Both the position numbers and the translations under genes were made by a program. Source: Candidatus Dormibacteraceae bacterium (GTDB taxonomy: Bacteria > Chloroflexota > Dormibacteria > Dormibacterales > Dormibacteraceae). From it: a stretch of DNA of 64,000 nucleotides. This document shows, piece after piece, positions 27,887 to 38,583 of this stretch; the first letter of the stretch is position 1, and every line of letters starts with the position of its first letter. The notes below the pieces were generated by a model that did no database searches, was not told where the DNA came from, and saw nothing but the letters and a program-made list of their open reading frames with translations. The stretch lies in the NCBI GenBank assembly GCA_050734495.1, contig JBOHUQ010000126.1, positions 7,646 through 71,645 on the forward strand, in the 5' to 3' direction.

Positions 27887-28485
27887 ACCATCCGGACCAG
27901 GCCGCGTCCGAAGACTGCGATCAGCTCCGCGGTGCGATCGATGTCGTCGTCACGCACAGGCAGGAAGTAGACCCAGGCCGCGCGCTCGGTCTCGGTCGTG
28001 ATCATGGTTCGCGCCGAATCGGCGCTCGGATTGCCGCAAGGTCCCTCGGCGTCGGCGACGCAGATGCGGCCCACCACGTTGACGCGCTCCTTTCCGATGC
28101 CCGTGTATCCCTCGCCCTCGACACCTAACCGGATCACGAGCTCGTCGCCTTTCACCTTGTCCAGGTCGTACAGGCCGACCGGCACCTGCAGCTGAACCGA
28201 GAGGGCGTTCGCGACATCGACGAGGGAGTTTATGCGCGGCATCGGCTCGCCTTTTTTGAGCCGGCGGAGGAGCGCCTCGGATGACGGCCGCACCCGTGTC
28301 GGGTCGAGCCCGAAATGTCGGTACAGCTCGCGGGCGCGACCCACAGCGCCCACCTCGCCAGACTTCGCCACTAGGATGGTGCGCGCCACCTCGAGCTCGA
28401 AGTCATCGCGCGGCGTCGTCACCTCCAGCTCGTAGAGCTCGAGCACATCGGGTTCGACGTCGATCTCGCTGCGCACCGTCAGCAC
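27883..28485 (-). CDS. B3/B4 tRNA-binding domain protein (PheRS-beta editing-domain-like)
   Basis: About 200 aa: SSEALLRRLKKGEPMPRINSLVDVANALSVQLQVPVGLYDLD...GNPSADSARTMI. The GTG at 28485 overlaps the aroA stop; GTG 28476 is an alternative. Confidence 0.65.
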   Translation of the reverse strand: MLTVRSEIDVEPDVLELYELEVTTPRDDFELEVARTILVAKSGEVGAVGRARELYRHFGLDPTRVRPSSEALLRRLKKGEPMPRINSLVDVANALSVQLQVPVGLYDLDKVKGDELVIRLGVEGEGYTGIGKERVNVVGRICVADAEGPCGNPSADSARTMITTETERAAWVYFLPVRDDDIDRTAELIAVFGRGLVRMV

Positions 28486-29735
28486 AGGTATTCGAGATGG
28501 TCGAAGAAATCCGGATACGAGATCTCCACGCATTCGGCACCGTCGATCTCCGTCTTGCCGTCCGCGATCAAACCGGCCACCGCGAGCGCCATCGCCACGC
28601 GATGGTCGCCACGCGAGCTCACCCTCGCGCCTTCGAGGTAGCGGGGACCGTTGATCACCCAACCATCCTCGACCGCGGTCACGTCCGCGCCCATGGCGAC
28701 GAGGCCCTTCTCCATCGCGTCGATCCGATTCGACTCCTTGACGCGCAGCTCCGCGGCGCCCGAGATCACGGTCCGGCCGGGCATCTGCGTCGCAGCCACG
28801 GCGAGCACAGGCAGCTCGTCGATCATCTCGGCGGCCATGTCCCCGTTGACCCTGAGCGATCGCAAGCCTGCCGCCGACGTGACCTCGAGATCCGCGACCG
28901 GCTCGCCACCCGCAAAGCGTGGCCTGAAGAACTTGACCTGGAAGCCGCTGCCGAGCAGCAGGTCGATGAAGGCGGTCCTGGTCGGATTCACGCCCACGCC
29001 TTCCAGCACCACCCGCGAACCCGGCACCAGCCCGGCCGCCACGAGCCAGAAGGCGGCGGCGCTGATGTCGCCGGGGATGTCTATGTCCAGTGGCTCGAGA
29101 CGAGTGGCGGGCTCCACCTGCACACAAAGCCCGTCGACAGCGATCGCCGCGCCCATCGCCCGCAGCATCAGCTCGGTGTGGTCCCTTGTCTTGACCGGTT
29201 CGACGACCGCGGTCGGCCCGTCGGCAAACAGGGCGGCGATGAGGATGGCCGACTTCACCTGCGCGCTCGGCTTTGCCATTTTGTGATCGAAGCCATGCAG
29301 CGGCGCCTGGCCTCCGACTCGCAGGGGCGGCCAGCTCGCGCGCGCGCCCATCTCGCGCAGAGGCGCGACGACCCGGTCCATCGGCCGGCGCGACAGTGAC
29401 TCGTCGCCGGCCAGCTCGCTGTCGAAATCCTGTGCAGCCAGCAAACCCGCGAGCAGCCGCATCGTCGTTCCGGAGTTGCCGCAGTCGAGCGGTCCTCTCG
29501 CCCTGCGGAGCCCATGCAGTCCCTGTCCGTCCAGCGTCCCGCCGTCGAGCTCAGCCCCCAGCTCCTGCATGCAGCGACGGGTCGACCGCACGTCCGCGCC
29601 GGGCGACAGACCACCCAACCGACTGCGGCCTGAGGCGATCGATCCGAGGATCATCGCGCGATGCGAGATCGACTTGTCACCCGGAACGCGAATCGCGCCA
29701 TCCAGCTTCCGGGCGCGCCGCACCGTCGCGATCAC
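28479..29735 (-). CDS. aroA: 3-phosphoshikimate 1-carboxyvinyltransferase (EPSP synthase)
   Basis: VPGDKSISHRAMILG, LDCGNSGTTMRLL and length 418 aa. Confidence 0.95.
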   Translation of the reverse strand: MIATVRRARKLDGAIRVPGDKSISHRAMILGSIASGRSRLGGLSPGADVRSTRRCMQELGAELDGGTLDGQGLHGLRRARGPLDCGNSGTTMRLLAGLLAAQDFDSELAGDESLSRRPMDRVVAPLREMGARASWPPLRVGGQAPLHGFDHKMAKPSAQVKSAILIAALFADGPTAVVEPVKTRDHTELMLRAMGAAIAVDGLCVQVEPATRLEPLDIDIPGDISAAAFWLVAAGLVPGSRVVLEGVGVNPTRTAFIDLLLGSGFQVKFFRPRFAGGEPVADLEVTSAAGLRSLRVNGDMAAEMIDELPVLAVAATQMPGRTVISGAAELRVKESNRIDAMEKGLVAMGADVTAVEDGWVINGPRYLEGARVSSRGDHRVAMALAVAGLIADGKTEIDGAECVEISYPDFFDHLEYLC

Positions 29736-30547
29736 CGGCGTGACCAGCGTTCGCGGACGGCGTGGGCCTCTTCGAAGAGCTCCACGAGCCGCGCGTCGTC
29801 AGCTTCCAGGTGGCGGCGCAGGCGCGCCAGCTCGGCGGCGATTGCGTCCAGCTGCTCCACCAGGTGTGCGCGATTGGTCCGCGCCACCCCTGCGTACAGC
29901 TGCGGGTCGCCCGCCGCCAGTCGGCTAACGTCGCGAAAACCACCCGCCGCCAGCTTCGACGCCTCGGGCCAATCGGACCGCCGCGACAGCGCCAGCACAT
30001 AACCGACTGAGAGGAGGAACGCCGCGTGGCTGACGCCGGCGACCAGCCTGTCATGCGTCTCGGCATCCATCACGATCGGATGTGCGCCCACCGCCTCGAT
30101 TAGGTCGATGAGCATGGGTTCGCCGCGGGTCAGGACCCACGGCGCATCTTTGAACACAGACGCATCCGCCGCATCGATGCCCGAGCTCTCCTTACCGCAC
30201 ATGGGGTGGCCGCCAATGAGATCGACCCCGGCAGCCGCCGCCCACTCCATCACGTCGACCTTCGTGCTCGCCATGTCGGTCACGACCCTTCCATCGGTGC
30301 GGCCCGCGAGCCGCGCAAAGACATCCCGCATAGAGTCGATGGGCGCGCCGATGACGATGACCTCGGCCATACCGGCCACGCTGGTGTCAGCGCTCGCGCT
30401 CGCGACGACGCCGCGGTCCAGCGCCTTGCGCAACGTCAGGGAATCCGGGTCGCTGCCGACGATCACCAGGTCGGGACGCGCCTCTTTCAGAGCGAGGGCG
30501 AACGACGCGCCCATGAGCCCCAGCCCGACCACCGCCACTGTGGTCAC
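29732..30547 (-). CDS. tyrA: prephenate dehydrogenase
   Basis: VAVVGLGLMGASFALAL Rossmann fold and GGHPMCG are present. I prefer the GTG at 30547 (GGGAGA upstream) over the longer GTG 30622. Confidence 0.85.
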   Translation of the reverse strand: MTTVAVVGLGLMGASFALALKEARPDLVIVGSDPDSLTLRKALDRGVVASASADTSVAGMAEVIVIGAPIDSMRDVFARLAGRTDGRVVTDMASTKVDVMEWAAAAGVDLIGGHPMCGKESSGIDAADASVFKDAPWVLTRGEPMLIDLIEAVGAHPIVMDAETHDRLVAGVSHAAFLLSVGYVLALSRRSDWPEASKLAAGGFRDVSRLAAGDPQLYAGVARTNRAHLVEQLDAIAAELARLRRHLEADDARLVELFEEAHAVRERWSRR

Positions 30548-30658
30548 CTGGCAAGTCTCCCATCCCCCACAGGGGCAATCAGCAAGTCCATCCTCATCGC
30601 CGCTTGCGCGCGAGGGTGGCACGAAGCGCCGGGTGGCGGGTGACCCGAGCCCTGCAAG

Positions 30659-31675
30659 CTAGGCCAGTTGCTTCGCCATCGAATCGAGCAGGCGCCGCAG
30701 GTCGGTCATCAGCAGGTCGAAGTTCTCGAAGTCGAGCGACTGGGCGCCGTCCGACAGCGCCTGGTTGGGCGCTGGATGAACCTCCACGATCAGCCCGTGT
30801 GCGCCGGCCGCCACAGCCGCCAGGGACATCGGCCGCACGAGCGACCACCGGCCGGTCGCCTGTGAGGGGTCGACGATGATCGGAAGGTGCGACAGCTCTC
30901 GCGCGAGCGGAATCGCGTTGAGGTCCAGCGTGAACCGCGTCGCCGTCTCGAAAGTCCGGATGCCGCGCTCACACAGGATCACGTCGCGGTTGCCCTGCGA
31001 CAGCACGTACTCGGCGGCGAGCAGCCACTCTTCGATGGTCGAGGCCATGCCCCGCTTGAGCAGCACCGGTTTGCCCGATCTCCCGGCCTCCTGCAGCAGC
31101 GCGTAGTTCTGCATGTTGCGAGTCCCGAGCTGAAGGACGTCCGCATAACGAGCGACGAGCTCCACGTCACCCGGGGCCACGACCTCCGTCACGACTTTGA
31201 GCCCCGTCTCGTCGCGCGCCGTTGCCATCATCTTCAGCGCCGCCTCACCGAGACCCTGAAACGAGTACGGCGAGGTGCGCGGCTTGAAGGCGCCGCCCCT
31301 CAGCACCTTGGCGCCCTGCTTGGCGACATGGCGCGCCGTGTCGAGAAGCATCTCTTCGCCTTCGACCGAGCATGGACCGGCCATCATCACGACCTCGTCG
31401 CCGCCGATCTTCACCCCGCCGACGTCGACCACGGTGTTGGCCCTGCGGAACTCGCGACTCGCCAGCTTGAAGGGCTTGGTGATCGGGATGATCTCGTGAA
31501 TTCCGCCGAGGTGGGAGAAGGCCTCCTTGTACGCGTACGCGTTTCCTCCAATCACCCCGATCAGCGTTCGCTCTTCGCCCTTGGACAGCTCCGTCTTGAG
31601 CCCGATCTCGTGGACGCGGTCGACCACCGCATCGACCTCTGCCTTGGTGGCGCCGTGAGTCATCACGATGATCAC
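30659..31675 (-). CDS. 3-deoxy-7-phosphoheptulonate (DAHP) synthase, type I-beta with N-terminal ferredoxin-like regulatory domain
   Basis: MAGPCSVE, LRGGAFKPRTSPYSFQG and IVDPSQ are present. The GTG at 31675 overlaps the aroH stop (GTGA). Confidence 0.9.
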   Translation of the reverse strand: MIIVMTHGATKAEVDAVVDRVHEIGLKTELSKGEERTLIGVIGGNAYAYKEAFSHLGGIHEIIPITKPFKLASREFRRANTVVDVGGVKIGGDEVVMMAGPCSVEGEEMLLDTARHVAKQGAKVLRGGAFKPRTSPYSFQGLGEAALKMMATARDETGLKVVTEVVAPGDVELVARYADVLQLGTRNMQNYALLQEAGRSGKPVLLKRGMASTIEEWLLAAEYVLSQGNRDVILCERGIRTFETATRFTLDLNAIPLARELSHLPIIVDPSQATGRWSLVRPMSLAAVAAGAHGLIVEVHPAPNQALSDGAQSLDFENFDLLMTDLRRLLDSMAKQLA

Positions 31676-32067
31676 GGGATCAACGTCCCCCGGAGATGGT
31701 CGAGGTCGGCCTTGATCGCCTGCGCGCCGCGCAGGTAGGCGAAACGCATCGCCGACTGGGGCCGTGGCGTGTTGTAGAGGATCAGCACCCGCACGCATTT
31801 CGGCGCTCCACGTGGGTTCGGCAGCTGCACGTCCATGTCACGGCCGCACAAAAGGGGCACGTCGAGCCATCCCAGCCTGCGCGCGGCGACGGCGGGAAAC
31901 TCGGCAGTGAGGTCGTGCGTGGTCGTGAAGTACGTGAAGCAGATCTCGGCGGTGTCGAGGTCGTTGAGGCGCACCAGCTCGCGGAGGAGCTCGTCGGTCG
32001 CTTCGGTAATGGATTCCGCCGTGTTCGAATCGGCGGTCGTCGCGCCTCTGATCCCTCTTACCGGCAA
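31672..32067 (-). CDS. aroH: chorismate mutase, AroH class
   Basis: N-terminus [11 protein letters not shown], as in B. subtilis AroH. 131 aa. Confidence 0.88.
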   Translation of the reverse strand: MPVRGIRGATTADSNTAESITEATDELLRELVRLNDLDTAEICFTYFTTTHDLTAEFPAVAARRLGWLDVPLLCGRDMDVQLPNPRGAPKCVRVLILYNTPRPQSAMRFAYLRGAQAIKADLDHLRGTLIP

Positions 32068-32831
32068 CCCTTCAACAGCTCCTTCACCAGTGCGGCCGCG
32101 TCTCCACCTCGGTCGATCTCGTTGACGATCGCGCTTCCCACCACCGCCGCGTCAGCGATGCCGCGCAGCGCTTTCATGTGCTCGGGCCGCGAGATCCCGA
32201 AGCCCGCGGCAACCGGCAGCTTCGTATGCCGTCGAACCTGCGCGAACAGGTCCTTCATTCCAGGAGGCAGCTCCTTCCTCGCGCCGGTGATACCGGTGAC
32301 CGTCACGCAGTACACGAACCCGCTCGATCGCTCGCAGATTGCCGGTAGCCGGTCCTCTGCGGTCGTGGGAGCCACCATGAAGATTGTGTCGAGCGATGCC
32401 GCCCGCAGCCAGCCTGCCACCGGCTCTGACTCCTCGACCGGCAGGTCGGGGACGATCACGCCGGCCACGCCGGCCTGGGCGGCCTCGGCGGCAAATCGCC
32501 TCGGATCGTGGGCCAGCACCGGGTTGATGTAGGTCATGAGGACCACGGGCACGCCTTCAGGTGCGATCGCCGCCGCGACCTCGAGCGCGCCCGCCACGTT
32601 CATCCCGTGCTCGAGCGCGACCTGTCCCGCATGCTGGACCACCGGGCCGTCGGCCAGCGGGTCGGAGAAAGGGACGCCGATCTCGAGGGCTGCGATGCCG
32701 GAGGCCGCGAGCCTCTTCCCCACCTCGATCGACTTCTTCTTGGTGGGGTGCCCGGCCATCATGTAGGCGACGAGCTTCAGGTCGCCGGTGGCGCGCACGG
32801 CCTGCTCCAACGACACCGTTTCAGTCTTCAT
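32058..32831 (-). CDS. trpA: tryptophan synthase alpha chain
   Basis: [17 protein letters not shown] is present. 257 aa. Confidence 0.95.
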   Translation of the reverse strand: MKTETVSLEQAVRATGDLKLVAYMMAGHPTKKKSIEVGKRLAASGIAALEIGVPFSDPLADGPVVQHAGQVALEHGMNVAGALEVAAAIAPEGVPVVLMTYINPVLAHDPRRFAAEAAQAGVAGVIVPDLPVEESEPVAGWLRAASLDTIFMVAPTTAEDRLPAICERSSGFVYCVTVTGITGARKELPPGMKDLFAQVRRHTKLPVAAGFGISRPEHMKALRGIADAAVVGSAIVNEIDRGGDAAALVKELLKGCR

Positions 32832-34039
32832 CGATCGCGCTGCGCGCGGGCGGCATCTTCGACCGAGTCCATATCCTTGTCGCCACGTCCGGAAAGGCAG
32901 ACCAGGATCCGCCCGCCCGGCCCCATCTCGCGCGCCATCACGCCGGCGTGATGCAGCGCGTGGGCAGGCTCGAGCGCCGGCATGATGCCCTCGAGGCGAG
33001 TGCAGAGCTTGAACGCCGCAAGCGCGTCGTTGTCCGTCACGGCGACGTACTCGGCCCGCTCGATGTCTCGCAGGAACGAATGCTCAGGTCCCACCCCCGG
33101 GTAGTCGAGACCAGCCGAGATCGAGTGCGTGGGCAGCACCTGCCCATCGCCGTCCTGCAGCAGGTACGAATAGCTTCCATGAAGGACGCCCGGACGCCCG
33201 CCCACCAGCGAGGCGGCGTGCTGCCCACTCTTCACGCCGCTGCCCGCGGCCTCGACTCCGATGAGGGTCACGTCTTTGTCCTCGAGGAAGGCGGTGAAAA
33301 TACCGATCGCGTTGGACCCTCCGCCGACACATGCGATCACCACGTCGGGCAGCTTGCCGTCCACCGACAGGTACTGGTCGCGAGCCTCGTCGCCGATCAC
33401 GCGCTGGAGGTCCCGCACCATCTCGGGATAGGGATGAGGGCCGACCACCGAGCCGATGATGTAGTGGGTCGTGCGCACATTGGTCACCCAATCACGGATC
33501 GCTTCGGACGTCGCGTCTTTCAGGGTCTTCGTCCCGCTCGTCACCTCGACGACGTCCGCGCCAAGGAGCTTCATCCGGCGCACGTTCATCGACTGGCGGC
33601 GCATGTCCTCGGTCCCCATGTAGACGGTGCATTCGAGACCAAATCTCGCGGCCACGGTGGCGGCGGCCACCCCATGCTGGCCGGCGCCGGTCTCGGCGAT
33701 CACGCGCTTTTTGCCCATGCGGAGTGCCAGCAACGCCTGGCCGACGGCGTTGTTCAACTTGTGCGCGCCGGTGTGGCACAGGTCCTCCCGCTTGAGGTGG
33801 ATGTGTGCGCCGCCGAAATGCTCGCCCAACCTGGTCGCGGCATAGAGTGGAGTCGGCCGGCCGACGAATGCGTGGCGGTGGCCCGCGAGCTCCAGCTGGA
33901 ACTGCGTGTCCGCCTTCGCCTCATGCCACATGTCCTCGAGCTCGCGCAATGCGCTCATCAGCGTCTCGGGCACGTACTGGCCGCCGTAGGCTCCGAAGCG
34001 CCCGTCGACCGGGTGCGTCGGGGCGCTGCGCGCCATCAC
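32828..34039 (-). CDS. trpB: tryptophan synthase beta chain
   Basis: HTGAHKLNN (PLP Lys) and GGGSNAIG are present. 403 aa. Confidence 0.97.
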   Translation of the reverse strand: MMARSAPTHPVDGRFGAYGGQYVPETLMSALRELEDMWHEAKADTQFQLELAGHRHAFVGRPTPLYAATRLGEHFGGAHIHLKREDLCHTGAHKLNNAVGQALLALRMGKKRVIAETGAGQHGVAAATVAARFGLECTVYMGTEDMRRQSMNVRRMKLLGADVVEVTSGTKTLKDATSEAIRDWVTNVRTTHYIIGSVVGPHPYPEMVRDLQRVIGDEARDQYLSVDGKLPDVVIACVGGGSNAIGIFTAFLEDKDVTLIGVEAAGSGVKSGQHAASLVGGRPGVLHGSYSYLLQDGDGQVLPTHSISAGLDYPGVGPEHSFLRDIERAEYVAVTDNDALAAFKLCTRLEGIMPALEPAHALHHAGVMAREMGPGGRILVCLSGRGDKDMDSVEDAARAQRDR

Positions 34040-34644
34040 ATCAATGCCTCGGCCAGGCGGACGGCGTGCACGAAGGCGCGGACCTTGTCGGGATCCTTGA
34101 CGCGCACCGACGACTCGACGCCGCTGGAAACATCGACGCCATATGGCTTGAAGGCGCTCACAACCTTGCCCACGTTACCCGGTTCAAGACCACCGGCGAT
34201 GAACACCTTCCGTGCTGCGAGCAGTGGGCGCGCGAGCTCCCAGTCCCAAACCTGTCCGGTGCCGCCGCGCTGGTCGGCCGACCAGGAGTCGAGCATCACC
34301 GGGTCCGGCCATCCCTCCGCGTCGGGGACGGCGCCGTCCTTGACCTTGAGCACTTTCATCACCGGACGGCCCGCCTCAAAGCCGGGCAATTCCGAACCGT
34401 GCAGCTGCAGCAGGTCCAAGCGCGCGAACTCGGCGATCTGCCTGACCTCATCCGCGTCCTGGTCGATGAAGACTCCGACGACGGTCGGGCGCAGCGCGAG
34501 GGTATCGACGATTGCCCTGGCCTCTTCCGGCGTCACGCGCCGTTGGGACGAGCAGAAATGGAAGCCGATGAGGTCGGCGCCGGCTTCGACGGCCGCAGCC
34601 GCTCCGGCGGCGTCGCAGATGCCGCAGATCTTCACCTGGACCAT
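34036..34644 (-). CDS. trpF: phosphoribosylanthranilate isomerase
   Basis: [17 protein letters not shown] and length 202 aa. Confidence 0.92.
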   Translation of the reverse strand: MVQVKICGICDAAGAAAAVEAGADLIGFHFCSSQRRVTPEEARAIVDTLALRPTVVGVFIDQDADEVRQIAEFARLDLLQLHGSELPGFEAGRPVMKVLKVKDGAVPDAEGWPDPVMLDSWSADQRGGTGQVWDWELARPLLAARKVFIAGGLEPGNVGKVVSAFKPYGVDVSSGVESSVRVKDPDKVRAFVHAVRLAEALM

Positions 34645-35495
34645 GCGGTCAACTCCCTGATCCGCAGCTCGGGCTTCTCGGCGCGCATCAGCGCCTCACC
34701 CACCAGGATCGCGTTCGCGCCCGCCTCGTAGACGCGGCGGGCGTCATGGGCGTCCTTGATTCCGCTCTCCGCGACCACGACGACAGAGGGCGGGATCAGC
34801 CTGCGCAGCCGTTCGGTCAGGCCGAGGTCGATTTCGAAGGTGCGCAGGTCGCGGTGGTTGACGCCGATGAGCGCCGCGCCGGCCTCCAGGGCAACGTGGG
34901 TCTCGCGCTCGTCGTGCACCTCGACCAGCGCTGCCAGCCCGCGGCTCCTGGCTGCTGCGAGCAGTTCTCGAAGCCCCGTACGCCCTCCGGCGCTTCGCGC
35001 CACCTCCCCGGCGAGCGGGGACGGCGGCCTGTCGAGGGCGGCGACGATGAGGAGAACGGCATCGGCCCCGGCCGCCCTGGCCTCGGCGATCTCGTACGGG
35101 TCGGTCACGAAGTCTTTGCGAAGGATCGGCAGGTGCGTCGCGGCTCGGGCCGCCAGGACGTGCTCCGGGCGCCCGCCAAAACCCGCCATGTGTGTGAGCA
35201 CAGAGATCGCCGCCGCACCGCCGTGTGTGTATGCGTGGGCGAGGTCCGCCGGCCGGTAATCCTCCACGAGGACTCCCATGGTCGGCGTGCGCTGCTTCAT
35301 CTCGGCGATCACGGCGAGACCGGGGCCCCGCAGCGCACCCACGAAGTCCTTTGGCGCGTACGCGGCCACGGCCCGCTCGAACTGGTCCTGCGCGATCAGC
35401 GCTCTGCGACGCTGGAGGTCCTGCCGCGCCTCGACCACCAGGCGGGACAAGAGGTCTTTGTGTTCCTGGGTCACTCCTGGGAGATTTTCGCCCAC
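34632..35495 (-). CDS. trpC: indole-3-glycerol phosphate synthase
   Basis: IAEMKQRTPTMG, LRKDF, EVHDE and GVNHRDL are present. An alternative GTG at 35474 overlaps the trpD stop. The protein contains an extra loop, PPSPLAGEVARSAGGRTG. Confidence 0.9.
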   Translation of the reverse strand: MGENLPGVTQEHKDLLSRLVVEARQDLQRRRALIAQDQFERAVAAYAPKDFVGALRGPGLAVIAEMKQRTPTMGVLVEDYRPADLAHAYTHGGAAAISVLTHMAGFGGRPEHVLAARAATHLPILRKDFVTDPYEIAEARAAGADAVLLIVAALDRPPSPLAGEVARSAGGRTGLRELLAAARSRGLAALVEVHDERETHVALEAGAALIGVNHRDLRTFEIDLGLTERLRRLIPPSVVVVAESGIKDAHDARRVYEAGANAILVGEALMRAEKPELRIRELTAWSR

Positions 35496-36468
35496 CGCTG
35501 GAGGACCTCGCCCGCGCGCCCGGAGTCGATGGCCTCCGCGGCGACGCCCAGGCCATCCTTCCAGCTGTCCGCCAGGCCCGCCGCGCGGAGCGCCGCCGCC
35601 GCGTTCAAGAGGACCGCGTCGCGCCGCGGGCCCTTCGCGCCCTGGAGCACCTCGCGGGCGATGCGCGCATTCTCGTCAGGACCGCCTCCGCGCATCGACT
35701 CGACCGGCGCCCGCGCAAGGCCCAGCTCGACCGGGTCCAGCTCATATTCCTTGCGCTCGCCATCGATCTCAATCACGTGGGATGGCGAACTGACGGAGAG
35801 CTCGTCCATACCGTCGCCTGCGTGGAAGACGATCGCGCGCTCCACCCCGAGGCGCATCAACACCTCGGCCAGCTTGCCCGCCATTGCGCCGTCGGCCACG
35901 CCCAGCGCCTGGTACTTCGCGCCTGCCGGATTGCACAGGGGCCCGAGCACATTGAAGACGGTGCGCATCCCCAGCTCGCGTCTCGGCACGCCGGCGAACC
36001 GAAAGGACGGATGGAAAACCGGCGCGAAAAGGAAGCCGATGCCCGCCTCGCCCACGCACCGCGCGACACCTTCGGGACCGAGGTCGATCTTGACGCCCAG
36101 CTGCTCGAGCACGTCCGCCGAACCACACATCGAAGAAGCGGCCCGGTTGCCGTGCTTGGCGACCTTTGCGCCGGAGGCGGCCGCCACGACGGCGGAAAGG
36201 GTCGAGATGTTGAATGTCGCGAGCCCATCGCCCCCGGTTCCACACGTGTCGAGCAGCGCGCCGTCGATCTGGATCGGCGTCGCCACGGCGCGAGCGGCTC
36301 GCGCGAAGCCGGTGATCTCGTCGACCGACTCGCCCTTCATCCGCAGAGCGACGAGAAACCCGGCGATCTGAACCGGAGTCGCGTCGCCCCTCATGATCTC
36401 CTTGAAGGCCGTAGCGGCTTCGTCCTCGGTGAGCGACTCGCACCTGACGAGCTTTGCCATCGCTTCGA

Positions 36469-36472
<4 letters not shown>
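35471..36472 (-). CDS. trpD: anthranilate phosphoribosyltransferase
   Basis: DTCGTGGDGLATFNIST and KHGNRAASS are present. Confidence 0.95.
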
Positions 36473-37038
<566 letters not shown>

Positions 37039-38448
37039 CTACATGTCCTCCGCCATATCGATCGCCTTGAACATCGCTCCTGCTTTCTCCAGCGTCTCCT
37101 CGAACTCACGCTCAGGGCGCGAATCGGCAACCACACCGGCGCCGGCCTGGACGTAGGCGATCGCATCCGCCACCACCACCGTGCGAAGCGTGATCGCCAT
37201 GTCGAGGTTGCCGCCAAAGCTCACGTAGCCTAAAGAGCCGGCGTACACGCCACGCTGATCCGGCTCGAGCTCTGCGATCACCTCCATGGCGCGAATCTTC
37301 GGCGCACCCGAGACGGTGCCGGCCGGGAATGCGGCGCGCAGCGCGTCCAAGGATGTACACCCGTCGCGCAGCTGCCCGCTGACGGTCGATGAGATGTGCA
37401 TCACGTGCGAGTAGCGCTCGACCTCCATCATCCGGTCGACATTGACGGTGCCAGGCCGGGCGACCCGGCCCACGTCGTTCCGCCCGAGGTCGACCAGCAT
37501 CACGTGCTCGGCTCGCTCCTTCAGGTCGCTGAGCAGCTCCTTCTCGAGCCTCGTGTCGTCGGCCGGGTCTGAGCCGCGGCGTCGTGTCCCCGCGAGCGGG
37601 CGTGTCTCGACACGCTTGCCCTCGACCTGGATGAGCTTCTCGGGCGACGTTCCAACCACGTGGCGATCGCCGCCCAGCGACAGGTAGTACATGTATGGCG
37701 ACGGGTTGATCGCGCGGAGGCAGCGATACACGTCGAAGGGGCTTGCCTCGAGCGGCTTGCGAAAGCGCTGCGACACCACGATCTGGAATGCGTCACCCGC
37801 AAGGATGTGCTCCCGAGCCGCGTCGACCATCGCCTCGTACTGGCCCTTGGTGACGTTGGACTCCCACCGCGTCCCGTCCGCCCCGCGCTCGTATGAGGCG
37901 ACCTGGTCCGACGCAAGCCGCAGCTCCATCTCGTCGATGCGGCTCACCGCCGCTCCGTAGTCCTCGCGGTCCGGGCGGTGGATCGTGAGGAGCTTGAGCC
38001 GGCGGGTCACGTGGTCGAAAACCGCAAGATCGTCCGCGCGCAGGAATGCGCTTTCGGGCATGGGCGGGGGCGCACCCGCGGCGACAGGCAGCCGTTCGAA
38101 ATGGCGGGCGGTCTCGTAGCCGAGATAGCCGACCGCTCCCCCGTGGAATCGCGGCACGCCCCTGATCGGTGCGGTGACCTCGGCGGCGACGGCTCGGAGC
38201 GCGGCCAGCGGGTCGTTGGGCGCCATTTCGAGGTGTTTTGGCTCGAAGCCTATGAAGGAGTATCGAGCCAGGCGCTCGCCACCTTCGACGCTCTCCAGCA
38301 GGAAGCCGGGACTTCCCGGCGGGCACAGCAAGGTGTACGCACGGACGGGAGTGAGCATGTCGGCCAGCACCTCCCGGAACACTGGGATCAATGCATGGTC
38401 TCTGGCCAGCGCCCGGGCTGCCTCCCGGGTGGGTGTGTACTCCCTCAT
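37039..38448 (-). CDS. trpE: anthranilate synthase component I
   Basis: Starts at ATG 38448. LLESVEGGE, GAVGYLGYE and GTVSGAPK are present. The stop abuts the trpG start. Confidence 0.93.
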   Translation of the reverse strand: MREYTPTREAARALARDHALIPVFREVLADMLTPVRAYTLLCPPGSPGFLLESVEGGERLARYSFIGFEPKHLEMAPNDPLAALRAVAAEVTAPIRGVPRFHGGAVGYLGYETARHFERLPVAAGAPPPMPESAFLRADDLAVFDHVTRRLKLLTIHRPDREDYGAAVSRIDEMELRLASDQVASYERGADGTRWESNVTKGQYEAMVDAAREHILAGDAFQIVVSQRFRKPLEASPFDVYRCLRAINPSPYMYYLSLGGDRHVVGTSPEKLIQVEGKRVETRPLAGTRRRGSDPADDTRLEKELLSDLKERAEHVMLVDLGRNDVGRVARPGTVNVDRMMEVERYSHVMHISSTVSGQLRDGCTSLDALRAAFPAGTVSGAPKIRAMEVIAELEPDQRGVYAGSLGYVSFGGNLDMAITLRTVVVADAIAYVQAGAGVVADSRPEREFEETLEKAGAMFKAIDMAEDM

Positions 38449-38510
38449 CTCTCTCAGTCCTCGTCTCTGCTTGTCTCGCCACCCGCGTTCTGCAGCGGGC
38501 TGGAGCCGAA

Positions 38511-38538
38511 AGGTTAGCAGAGACAGACAGAGTTGCAA
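38511..38538 (-). promoter_or_regulatory. candidate trp-aro operon promoter (-35 TTGCAA, 16 nt, -10 TAACCT)
   Basis: Minus strand reads TTGCAA (38538-38533), N16, TAACCT (38516-38511), about 60 nt upstream of the trpE ATG. It has the same -35 hexamer as the rRNA promoter. Confidence 0.3.
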
Positions 38539-38583
38539 TTCGCGCCCGCGGCGCCCCCGAGCTGCCAGGCAACGGTTAGACCG

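Noticed and set aside
38449-38583. T-box or Trp-codon attenuator upstream of trpE.
   Set aside because: The leader is too short for a T-box. It has no specifier/T-box sequence and no leader ORF with tandem Trp codons.
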